From Camelus dromedarius (Eukaryota): a stretch of DNA of 64,000 bases. Both the position numbers and the translations under genes were made by a program. Below, in pieces: positions 1 through 11,715 of this stretch. How positions within the stretch are numbered: the first letter of the stretch is position 1; the number at the start of each line of letters is the position of its first letter. The notes under the pieces are model-generated. The model had not been told where the DNA came from, did not search any database, and worked only from the letters and a program-made list of their open reading frames with translations. The DNA is taken from the NCBI RefSeq assembly GCF_036321535.1, contig NC_087436.1, positions 45,634,001 through 45,698,000 of the forward strand, in the 5' to 3' direction.

Positions 1-579
1 AACAGGCAAACTGCAGAAAGTCACGATAATTTCTTAGGTTTGCTCTGTTTATTCCTGACTCCGAGCCTTCCCATGTGCCCACTTCCTCTGCCTGGGAAAC
101 AGAGGTCAGGGAACCCATGCTACAGTCTCATGGCTCTGAGCGTGTCTACCTTATGTGGCGTCTCACCACAGGAAATACACGATTAGTGATTTGTGGACTG
201 TTGAAAAATCGTCTCCAGTAGACTACAAGCTTTGTAGGATGAAGAATTACGTTTGCCTGTTCTCCTTGCAAATTCCAGGATCTGGGAGAGGGCTACCTGT
301 TTGTTGAAGGGATGAATAGTTGTTAGTGTGTAGTTGTGGATGTAAACTACAGCATTTTAGATCTCTGTCTTCTTTCTCCTCTGTGTATGTTTAGTGTGTG
401 GTTGTAAATGTTTGTGTGCATTGGGAAGGCCCCTGTCCTTTTTCATTGTATAATTACAAAACAGGCAGAACTGTGTTTGAGCCATTGGATTCATTGCTTA
501 AATTCCACTGGAAATTTTAAAATACTGTGCAACATAGTGGTTGGATTAGCAAAAGTTCTTGTCTAGGACTTCAGAAAAC

Positions 580-790
580 AGGCTCTGGAATCAGACTGCC
601 CAGCTTTGCCATCTGCTCGAGGGTAGTTATTTGACTATCCTGTGCCTCAGTTTCCTCATCTGTGCAAAGGGTATAAGAATGGTACCTACCACATAAAGTG
701 ACTGTGAGGAATTAATGAGCTAATCCCTGTAAAGCTGTTAGCATAGTACTTGGTACACAGTAATAAACGTTAGCTAATATTACTGTTATT
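580..790 (+). mobile_element. MIR SINE
   Basis: MIR core 'tgtgcctcagtttcctcatctgt', 5' 'ggctctggaatcagac' and 3' 'ttagctaatattact'. Confidence 0.85.
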
Positions 791-992
791 TCTTATTTTC
801 TCTTTCCTGCGTGAGAGAGCCTCTGTTTATGCTTCCCTGTGATCCTCCAGAAGTTTGTCTATAGAACTTCACTGTCTTATTATTATGGCACATTCTGTAA
901 ACAACAAAAATATCTTCTCCAGGCTAAGAGAGAGCAAGAGGCTGGATAAATTTAGGGGGAATCTAAAGTTCTTTCTGACATTTTTCTTGTGA

Positions 993-1110
993 TTTTTTTT
1001 TTCTTTGGGGGGTGGAGAGAGATAATTAGGTTTATTTCTTCGTGGAGGAGGTGCTGGGGGTTGAACCCAGGACTTCGTGCATGCTAAGCATGCACTCTAC
1101 CACTGCACTC
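993..1110 (-). mobile_element. tRNA-derived SINE of camelid type (Vic-like), 5' end degenerate
   Basis: Reverse complement reads CAGTGGTAGAGTGCATGCTTAGCATGCACGAAGTCCTGGGTTCAACCCCCAGCACCTCC (A-box remnant and B-box GGTTCAACCC), then tail 'aataaacctaattatctctctccacccccc' and poly(A). Confidence 0.75.
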
Positions 1111-1382
1111 CATGGTTTGTTTTTTGTTTGCTGCTTTTGATACTCATTCGTGATCAGCCAAGACCCTTGGGAGGAAGAAAAAAAATCTTTCAGCTGAGCA
1201 TGCACTATTCAGGCTCAGATATTATTACAACCCATCCTAAAAGATCTTTTTTTCTCCACAGCTGACTTCAAGTATGAATACTGTAATAAAAAAAATTCTT
1301 GAGAAGACAGAGGTGAATTCTTGTACTTAGTTCAGTATCAGGATTTTGGCATAACGCAATTATGATGCAATCTGAAAATCGA

Positions 1383-1900
1383 TCAGGGTCCTGTCAGGAT
1401 CCAGGAACCACACAGTAATTTGAATAGGCACAGTTTTAACATGGAGAATTATTTCCAAGCAATGAGAGATTAACTTACACAAGGGTAAAGAAAACTCTAA
1501 GGAATACCCTAGGGCTGAAGTGAATGTACCCAAGGAGGGAACAAACTTGGAAAGGAGGCTTCCCTTCCGGGCTGGGCTGCAGGCTTCATTGGACAAGGAG
1601 TGATTCCAGTGATTAGATGGAGGAGAAGTTCTCTGGGATGCTTCAGGCCAGGGCTGATCCATAGCTGCCAGGCTGGCAGGCAGGGAAAGGTGGGATGGAC
1701 AGGCAGGCTGGACGCCTGTTGCTAGAGCACCAGTGAGGTGAAGCTGGGGGGTCAGAAACCCCAGGGACCAGTAAGTAGGAACCCCCAGCAGCATGAATGC
1801 AACTCAAGGTTGGTAGATAAGGAACCATGGCCAGGACTGAAAAGAAAAAAAAAAAAAAAAAAAGACCCTGACAGGACCCTCACTGACAAGCATCTGACTT
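1383..1900. mobile_element. Probable old ERVL-class solo LTR (LTR33/LTR16-like), interrupted by a poly(A) run
   Basis: Starts 'tcagggtcctgtcagga' and ends 'ccctcactgacaag', resembling motifs of this LTR group; family not resolvable by eye. Confidence 0.35.
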
Positions 1901-2809
1901 TCAAACAGAATAGCTTTTCTACACCATGGTTCTGACAGGTAAGCCTGTCAAGAACAAACACATGTGTGTGTTTTTATGAGGCTTTCTAGTAAAAGAAACT
2001 TGACTCCAGAAACAGACGGCTCCCAGAGGATTTTTATATTCAAAAGTGCTCTGGAGATTACATATAAAATTCTAAGCTAATTAAATATGCACTTGTCATT
2101 CAAAAGTACTGAATGAAATATTGATCACTAGAGCATCATTAAATGTAGACCTGTTTTGTCCCTTGACCTTTCAATTCACAAATAAAACTTCAATTTGAAA
2201 ATGTCTGTCATGAGGTCATGTGAATAAAACTGTCCCTGTGCTGAGGAAGCACATTTGCTTGTGTGTCTATTCGAACTAGAGTAAATGCATTTTGAGGTTT
2301 TAGACTATGGATTTTGCTTTTACTATGGGAATTACATAAATCTCATTTAATTTAGGTTTAATGCCACTAAGAAGGGCTCTCCTTATCTAGAATTTTGTGT
2401 ACTTTGCACTTCTGTATTACTCTGCAGTTATGTTACAGTAACTGTAGTTTATTATAGCAGCCTGTTTTCTTCTAAATTGCAGTTCTAGTTGGTATACTTA
2501 TCCAGTGTCCAGCTCTGAAACTAGAATCAAGTCAGTGTCCCTAACAAATAGGATGCTAGAGCCTGTTTACATCTCCTTTTTTTCTTTTTGTTACATAAAG
2601 GTTGTTTATCAAGAAAAATCCTTTTTGCATCTGAAAAGCTATTTTAGTTCTTAATTATCAAAATTAATCTTAATTATCAAAATGTCCCACAATGACATAC
2701 ACATATGTGTGTGTATTAAACAATTTGCAGGGTTTTTTCCTATGTTTTGGACTGCTCCTCAGAGCTTAATTCATAAGGAATTTTATTGCACCTAACTGCC
2801 CATTAAACT

Positions 2810-3680
2810 TTTTATTATGAGAACTTTTAAACATACATAAAAGTAGAGAGAACAGTATAATGAGCTCCCATATTCTCAGCACTTAGATTTTTAATATTTA
2901 TTAACAGCCTGCCATATTCACCTTTTTTGTTTTAAAGCAAATCTCAGGCATTATGACATTTTATTCTTAAATATTTCAAGAAGCACTGCTTTAAAAAAAA
3001 AAAAAAGGTATTTTCTTACATAACCACAGTATTAATACTGTGATACGTAGCAAAATTACCAATAGTTTCTTATTACCATCTAATATCCTGACCATTTTTT
3101 CAGCTTTCCCTGGCTATCTCCAAAATGTCTTTTTACAGAGAGCTCCTCCTTGCTTTTTTCTCCCCATGCCTAGTGATTTATCAAAGAAACAGAGTCAATG
3201 GTCCTGTGAAATGTCCCACATTCTAGATTTTTCTGATTGTTAACTTGTGGTATCATTTAACGTATTCCTCTGCTCCTGGTATTGCCTATAAAGAAGTTTG
3301 ATCTTAAAGCCTGATTAGATTCAAGCTAAAATTTTTGGCAAGAACATTTTAGGTGCTACTGTGTATTTCATATTGCTTCTCAAAGAAAGCACACAGTGCC
3401 TGCCTGCATGTCCCACTTTTAGGAAGATTGACCAGGTAGCTCAAATGGCAATCTGCTCATTATAATGTCAACTTTCCCCCTTATACTGTAGGCTAGTGCT
3501 TTGACATCTTTCAAATATCCAGTTCCCTATAAACCCATCACTTAATCCTTTTGGCATCCATTCTGATAATAGTTGCCTGAGTCATTTATTTCATCAGGGG
3601 ATTTTAAAAATGAGATTGTATAATTCTGTTATTGTTTACACATTTGTTAACTAAAATTTTTTAGCTTAAAGAATCTCTCC
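2810..3680 (-). mobile_element. Old L1ME-type 3' fragment (continues at ~5812-6090)
   Basis: 'ttttattatgagaacttttaaacatacataaaagtagagagaacagtataatgagc' is a reversed old-L1 3' terminus; similar old-L1 sequence resumes after the younger L1. Confidence 0.6.
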
Positions 3681-3682
3681 TT

Positions 3683-4991
3683 AAAATTCAACTTCCATTG
3701 ATGATAAAAAAAAAAATTCTTACCAAAACAGGTATAGAGCCAACATAATATTCAACATTGAAAGGCTGAAAGCCTTCCTGTTAAAATTAGGAATAAAGCG
3801 AGAACGCCCACCATTTCCATTCAGCATAGTATTGAAAGTCCCAGTCACAGCAATCAGACTAGAAAAAGAAATAAAATTATCCAAATTGGAAAGGAAGAGG
3901 TAAAATTGTCATTATAGGCAGCTGATATACTATATAGAGAAAACCCTGAAGACTCCATACAAAAACTACTAGAGCTGATAAAGGAATTCAGCAAGGTAGC
4001 ACAATGCAAGATTAACATACAGAAATCTGTTGCATTTCTTTACACTAGCAATGAAATATTAGAAAGAAAAAGTTAAAAAAAAACCCTTTTAAAAATGCAT
4101 CAATAAAAAAAAATTTAGGAATAAACCTGACCAAGTGAGTGAAAGACTTTTACACTGAGAACTATAAAACATTAATAAAGGAAATTAAAGATGATTCAAA
4201 GAAATGGAAAGCTATCCCATGCTCTTGGATTGGAAGAATTAATATTGTTTAAATGGCCATACTACCCAAAGCAATCTAGAGATTTAATGTAGTCTCTATC
4301 AAATTACCCAGGATATTTTTCACAGAACTAAAATAATCCTAAAAATGTATATGGAACCACAAAAGACCTAAAATTGCCAAAGCAATTCTGAGGATAAAGA
4401 ACAAAGTGGAGGCATAATCCTTCCAGACAGACCTCAGACAATACTACAAAGCTACAATAACCAAAACAGCATAGTATTGGTACAAAAACAGACATATGGA
4501 TCAATGAAACAGAATAGAAAGCCCCAAAATAAATCCACAGACCTACGGTCAATTAATCTTCCACAAAGGAGGCAAAAATATACAATGGATAAAAGGCAGT
4601 CCCTTCAGCAAGTCATGTTGGGAAAGCTGGACAGCTGCATGTAAATCAAAGTTAGAACACTCCCTCACTCAATACACAAAAATAAACTCAAAATGGCTTA
4701 GAGACTTAAATATAAGACATGACAACACAAAACTCCCAGAAGAGAGCATAGGTAAAACATTCTTGACATAAACTGCAGCAATGTTTCATTAGGTCAGCCT
4801 CCCAAGGTGATAGAAATAAAAGCAAAAATAAACAAATGGGACCTAATCAAACTTATAAGATTTTGCTCAGCAAAGGAAACCATAAACAAAATTAAAAGAC
4901 AATCTACTGACTAGGAGAAAATATTTGCAAACAATGCAACCAACAAGGGCTTAATTTCCAAAATATACAAACAGTTCATACAATTCAATTA

Positions 4992-5022
<31 letters not shown>

Positions 5023-5810
5023 TCAATCAAAAAAAAATGGGCAGAAGACCTAAACAGACATTTCTCCAAATAAGACCTCCAGATGGCCAACAGACGCATG
5101 AAAAGATGCTCAACATCGCTAATTATTAGAGAAATGCAAATCAAAACTACAATGAGGTATCACCTCACATCAGTCACAATGACCATCATAAAAAAAGTCC
5201 ACAAATAATAAATGCTGGAGAGGGTGCAGAGAAAAGGGAACCCTCCCACATTGCTGGTGGGAATGTAAATTGGTGCAGCCACTATAGAGAACAGCATGGA
5301 GGCTCCTTAAAACACTAAAAATAGAGTTACCGTATGATCCAGCACTCCTCCTCCTGGACATGTATCCAGAAAAGATTAAAACTCTAATTCAGAAAGACAC
5401 ATTAACCTCAATTTTCACAGCAGAATTATTTACAATAGTCAAGACATGGAAGCAACGTAAATGTCCATTGACAGATGAATGGATAAAGAAGACATGGTCT
5501 ATACACACAATGGAATACTACTCAGTCATAGAAAATAATGAAATAATGCCACTTACAGCAACGTGGATGGACCTAGAGATTATCATATAACTAAAGTAAG
5601 TCAGCCAGAGAAAGACAAATATATGAAATCACTTACATGTGGAATCTAAAAAATTATACAAATGAACTTATTTACAAAACAGAAACAGACTTGCAGACAT
5701 AGAAAACAAGCTGATGGTTACCAAAAGAGAAAGGTTGTGGGGAGGAATAAATTGGGAGTTTGCAATGAACAGATACAAACTACCACATATAAAATAGATA
5801 AAAAAACAAG
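3683..5810 (+). mobile_element. LINE-1, 5'-truncated: degraded ORF2 (RT to C-terminus) and partial 3'UTR
   Basis: Broken ORF2 motifs, e.g. ORF 5360-5590 '...QKDT...FTIVKTWKQRKCPLTDEWIKKTWSIHTMEYYS'; many stops/frameshifts; final ~150 nt of the 3'UTR and the poly(A) tail are missing. Confidence 0.95.
4993..5022 (+). repeat. (AAC)10 microsatellite inside L1
   Basis: Direct reading. Confidence 0.95.
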
Positions 5811-7794
5811 TTTCTTTTTTTGTTATCTTTATGAACTCACAGACTTTTGTATTTTCTGTATGTTTCAACCAATTGTAGTCATTATTCTTTTTTGGCTGCC
5901 CAAGTCATCCCATCTTAGGCAGCAGACACCCTTCAGAATGGCTGCTATGTCCCTTTGGCATCATCAGAAATCTTTGATAGCTTCCTCTCCTTTGGGCACA
6001 ATATGAAGCCCCAAGCTCACCTGTACTTTTCCTGACCCAGACTCAGACACAACCACTTCTCCAAGGAGTCACAATTTTTTTTTTTAAGTGGGGGAAATTA
6101 CCAATTTTTTTCTACTCTAAAATACTTACTTTTCAAAATGAATCTGAGTTTAACTTCACTGTCAAGTTGAAAATCAACTTATTTCAAACACTAAAAACCC
6201 ACTTATGTGCTGCTCACAAAAGACATTTTAATTAATATAATCACCAGGCACACACAAGTAAGATTATCGAAGCACTCTGGGCATTTCCTCACTGGTTCTG
6301 CGATATTCCCATTAAGTTGGGACAAGAATTTTATCCCCATTTAACAAGGTGAGCAGAATAGAAAAGCAGAAATTTAATTGCACAGGATATTAGATGCATG
6401 TAAACCTTAAGACATCCATCGTGTTTCTCTCACTGTTAACAAAAAGCTTGTCAAGACTTGAAAGAAATTATACAAAGCAGTCCAAAAAGTATTATGCAAA
6501 TGATACTAACTGGCAGTTATTTAATTAAAGTTTAGTCAAGTAACTTAAAAGGATTGTTTTGATCATAATTTTAAAAATTTATTCTGCATAAAAATAGGTA
6601 AGAATTGGCCAAGGATGGAATGTACTGGCTGGAGCAGACGCTCATTTATTTATTCAGTCGATAAATATTTATGTGCCTAGAAATACGAGACATGAACATG
6701 CAGGCCTTGGAGCTATGATGGTTTAAATTAATTTCTAGAGACAGGATATTTTTTCTGTGACTTTCAATCAGTCACAACTGAACTATTCCACAACTGTCAA
6801 AGGTAGGATTACAGTATCATGCTATACTCCAAAGACTCAGTCAGTGAAGAAGAAATTGGCCTAATTTCCTGAGATATCAAATCCCTTGAGGCCCCTGGCA
6901 TTCGGCAATTGATTGTCCCTGTTTTACACTGTGGTTTGGGTTAGATTTTCAAGCAATAAATCTGCTATATTCTCATTTTGGTTGCCAACTTCTCATTATC
7001 ACCATCCCAACCAGCCCCAGCCACCTCATTGTCTGGCATCTGTTGTACCAAAGAATAAATCTGAGCCAAACAGATTCTTCCCCAGAGGACTCCCCGGCCA
7101 AATGACCCAGGAGACGTCCAACAGGACAATTTCACCATTGGATTCTGCCTGTCAATGAACACCTCGTCACTAGAGCTGTTCCTTTTCAAGGATACTTCTC
7201 AAGTGTTGCCTGACAGTTTGCTTCTTCAATTCACTGGGCACCATTGTGGAAAGAGCTCTGCTCTAGGAAGCAGACATCCTAGGCTCCCTTGAAGCTTCTT
7301 TCTGAACTACTGTGTATGATCTTGTACAAGTCACCGACCTTCAGTGATCCTCATCTCTGGACAATCTCTGAGGGTCATGTTGACTCCAACTTTTTCCCAA
7401 CTAAAGTTACACACATCTCTCCAAAATCCTTCTACAACTCCACACTGGCAAAGGGAAGCATGCTCGAGGTCAGATCCAGGCTACTTCACTTACATCACTG
7501 TGCTTTGGTTCTTGATAGCTGGTACAAACTCAACCAATAAAATGAAGTGGGGAGTTTAGGAAAATAGGCTTAAAAACAGTCACTGAGGACTTAGCACCAT
7601 CAACAACCTGAGTTTTTCAAAATAGATGGGTTGCCCAATAGGATTGACTGAATTCATCAGAAAACACTCCAATTCCTCACTTAACTGTTTTGCTGGGATA
7701 CTGTCTTGCTTCAGAGTGACTTGGGTGATATGAGCTTACAAATTCCTCCTCCTGATTATGGTTATATCCTTGGAGTCTGTGTAGCAAACAGTAA

Positions 7795-8006
7795 AGAGCA
7801 TGCGCTCTGGAGTCAGACTATCTAGGGTTAAATTTTACTCCATCACTAATCAACTTTGGAACTACAGGCTACTTAACATTCCTCTGCCTCAATTTCCTTA
7901 TCTATCAAATGTGGTTAGTAATAGTACCTCCCTCTTAAGTAAATACATTTAAGTTCTTAGATAGTGCTTGGCACAGCCTGAGTCCTCAGTAAATATTAGC
8001 TATTAT
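7795..8006 (+). mobile_element. MIR SINE
   Basis: 'gctctggagtcagac...ctctgcctcaatttccttatctatcaaatg...cttggcacag...taaatattagctattat'. Confidence 0.85.
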
Positions 8007-9559
8007 GCATTAAACCAAGCTACCATTTCTGATGAGAAAAAGAGAATTTTGATTCCTTTCAACATGTCACCATCACCCTTCATCACCTACTTCCAAAAGC
8101 TCACGAGTCACTACATTTTTCACAGATCACACCACACCTGTGGGGACTGTTAAATTTTCAAGGCAGTTCAACAGAGAAACCATAACTTCCAAATATTTCT
8201 AGAACACTTTCTTCAAGTTAGTAGACTATCCGTTTGCAAATCAATCAGACCCATGCTGGGCCGTTATTGCTCCCCTGAGAGCTGTTCAAAACTTCTGTCT
8301 CCTGGCAAGGGAAGCAATCTACCTCTTTGGCATTTTTTTCCCTGAAAGGTCATATCTACTTGTGGTCTTAGACTTACGCACTTCAGTGTAAGTCTCCCTC
8401 TTAACCAGATGCTTCAGCCCACTACTCCTATCCACAGACCTTAGAAGTTTCACTTCGAATACTCAAACCGATGGCGTGAACAAAGATTGAGCACTTCCTG
8501 TCCCTAGGACTACCACAATCGTTAACAATATTTTTATAAAAAAAAAAGTATAAATGGGTTTCACTAAATGCAAAATTTCCCCTCAATTCCTTCACATATG
8601 CAGAAAGTGTGAGGAAAATGAGAGTTACCTTCAGAAAAGTACCTTTTTTTCCTCTTCTGCTGTGAGGACTGGCCAGAGTAGCTTGAACCTCTCAGAACAT
8701 GCCTGAGACTCATGTGCTTGTAAATTATAAACAGATCCACATTTATAGCTCAGTGGATCACTCTGGATGTTTCCCAGCAGCTTTCAGAAAATCAATGTCT
8801 CAGGTGCTTCCATGAAGTGATTGAGACACAACGGATTTTTCTGCACAAGATGTTAATTATTCTGGTTCACATATGGAAGCATGTGTTTTTGTAAATATAT
8901 AATGTGATACTGTATCCTTTTCTGCTGGCTGTAAGCAAGAGACAGTGGATTAATTCACCAACTTGGAAAACTTTGCCTGGATTACAGCTGACCAAGAAAA
9001 AAAAAAAAGGCGTTCTTACCTCAGAAACCAGCAGGCAGACATGCTTAGGAGAGCGATGTGGGGGAGGTATCAGGAGGCCTGTGGAGAATGAGAAGAGAAA
9101 ATTATTACATGTTTTTATTAACACTATACTTAAATAAATTCACTTGTTTTTCCCCTTCAAATTAATAGGCTTTTCCACTTAGACACAGTTTAACATTAAG
9201 GAAAACATAGTGTTTAGTAGGAGGCAAAAACTTGCCTGTTTCACAACAACCGTGAAAGGGAAACTTTTTCTAAGTGGTAAAACTACAAACTGCTTTTACA
9301 ATAGAATTATCCATCACAATCATGATGATGATGATGATGTTGGCCCCCTGACTCTCTTCACCACCTGGAGCACCCATCCCCTAGCTGCTGCGTTAAAAGG
9401 TGATCAGGGAAAACCATCCAGATGAGACCAACCACGTCATGAAGCCGACATCTCCATTCAAAGAAATGCAAAATGGGCCTGAAGTTGGGAAACTTTCAGA
9501 GGATAAAAAATAATGAACAACGGAGAGAACAATAGAAAACATCTGATTGGCTGGGGCTG

Positions 9560-10022
9560 TCCAGTCAACCTTGTGTAGGGTGAGAAAGAAGAAGGAAATA
9601 AGTAGAGATCAGAGGTGGCTTGGCGTTTGGGGATTGGCTGACCAGATAGATTCCCTCTGGTCAAGCAGAGTGTTTACAGGGACACATGAGCTAAGTTTCT
9701 GTTTGCTGATGTGGCCCTCCAGGCAGGAATGGCTCTATCCTGGGCCTAGATATTCAACTCAACAGCTGATAACAACTCAATGGAGAGCTGCCCACTCTTT
9801 CTGGGTGTCCACTGGGGCAACTCCGCAGTGCAATTTCAGCCCCTGATCTCCCATAAGGGAATGCTGGTCTCTAGCTTATATCACACCCTTGCTGAGGTTT
9901 TCCTCTCTGCTTCAGAGATAGCCCTGCTTCTTTTACTCCTCTTCTCCAGAAAGCATTCTTCTAATAAATAGCCTGAACAAGAAACCCCACATCAAGCTCC
10001 TTCCAGAGAATCCAACCTAAGA
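9560..10022 (+). mobile_element. ERVL 5' LTR (LTR16-like); left boundary approximate
   Basis: 3' end 'aataaatagcctgaacaagaaaccccacatcaagctccttccagagaatccaacctaaga' resembles the LTR16 terminus and is followed directly by ERVL internal sequence. Confidence 0.6.
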
Positions 10023-10915
10023 GGGTCAGTATTGCATTGGATCCTAGGAAGCAAAGCTGAGGATGGGACTCTCTGCATTACTACCTGGCTTGTTGGAAAG
10101 GAGGGTCACATCACTGGTAGGGGGGTGGAGGGCTGCTAGCTCGTGGCACGGTGATTACTAAGACATTAACCTGTGGAGCACTGGGATGGGATACAGGTGG
10201 AAAGAGCTCATTAACTGGTACAATGAGGTAGGCAGTTAAAGTATGTGGGAAGTAGTAACTCTAAGGACTGGGGAATTTAATAAGAAGAGAAAATGACTGG
10301 CAGATCTATTCATCAACAAGTTAAAGCAAAGTATGAGAGTGAAAAAGAAAACTGGCCGCTTTCACAGCGACCCTCATCTCCTGCAGCTGGAAGACTTAAT
10401 TGTAAGAATGACAGAAGTTGAGAGAAGATTGGATTCCCAGCAAAGGCCCAAGTCAGGGGCTTGACGGGGAAGAAGTGGGACCCTGAGAATTGGGATGGGG
10501 CTATCTGGATAGATGCACTTGACCCTCCCTCCCTTCCCTTGAACTCCCGGGATCTGCAGTGGAGACCCACTCCCCATTTCTTTGCAAGGTAGAGCCCCCT
10601 TCCCAAACCCACATATCCTTACTTGAAGAAATTTCACCTTCTCAGCTGCTTCGCTGGCACGCTTGCCTTTCTCAGCATCGCCTCCCACCTCCACGATTCC
10701 CTCCTGGCCATCACACCCAGAATTAGGGTCCAAACTCAGCATAACCCAACTGGGAAACTGCTGGCTGTGCCGGGGTAAAGCGAGATCTTCCCAAGCACCA
10801 GAGGACCAGGCTAACAAGGCTTAATAGGAGCCAGGTGGATGTTGGGGGTGGGTCAGGAGACAGAAGGGTGCGGAACCTGAAGTACATCATAGAAAGGACT
10901 TGCTCAGGGTTTCCA
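10023..10915 (+). mobile_element. ERVL internal fragment (ERV3-16A3_I-like) with decayed gag
   Basis: 10452-10514 translates VRGLTGKKWDPENWDGAIWID (ERVL gag 'VRALIGKEWDP..WDGD.W' motif); a frameshifted upstream segment reads QLEDLIVRMTEVERRLDSQ. Confidence 0.75.
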
Positions 10916-11499
10916 CTGCTATTTTCTGTTCATTTGAGGAATTTATCACTTTATTCCTGGAGTGGCAAACTGTTGGGTCAGCATGATTTTTCTTATATAC
11001 AGGGTTTTTAATTTCAATGTTTTTATGCACAACTCCCCAGTCATTATATGCGGTGGCTTTCTATATTCCCCTGACTTCCCTGGCCCTTGAAGAGTCTTGT
11101 CAGCTGTCCTGCTCTTCTCTCTGCCCCTTTGCTTTCAAGCATCCATTGAAATTCTCTCTTTTGCTTTTTGAACCTTCTGAAAAGACTCTTTGCCTTTTCT
11201 TTTCACATTTCTGTTCATGTACCCATTTAAACTTGACTGTCTTTTTGTATTTAAATTCTATCACAGTTTAATTTTAATTACTTCCTTGTTTATTTATTCT
11301 TATCCAAATTTCCAATCCTTCAGATCACCTCCCACAAGTTCTATGTATTACCTACTTGTTTGTGTGTGAAATTAGTTTTCCAATATTTGTCACATGTGTA
11401 TTCATAAAATGTTATATATAGCCAATAAACATGAAATTTTACACAATCTATTTTAGTGGGAAAAGATAATTTTCCACTAAAATTTTTGTTAATTAATGA

Positions 11500-11715
11500 C
11501 TGATTGATCATATGCTATTTACCAGATACTTAAATGCATTATTTCATAGTCCTCACAACTCTTTAAAATAGTGAATATTATCATCTCTGTTTTACAGGTA
11601 AGAGGAAATAAAAGTTAAACAATAGAATCAATGTCACCCATCTAGCGACTGAAAAAGCTGCACTTGAACTTGATTCACCAGAGCCCAGAGCTCATGCTTT
11701 GAATCACCACATTGT
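11500..11715 (-). mobile_element. MIR SINE
   Basis: 'gcattatttcatagtcctcacaactct...attatcatctctgttttacaggtaagagg'. Confidence 0.7.

Noticed and set aside
1041..1105. tRNA gene
   Set aside because: The 5' end is degenerate and it carries a SINE tail and poly(A); it is a tRNA-derived SINE.
2649..2683. Short duplication tcttaattatcaaaat x2
   Set aside because: Ordinary slippage in AT-rich DNA; no function inferable.
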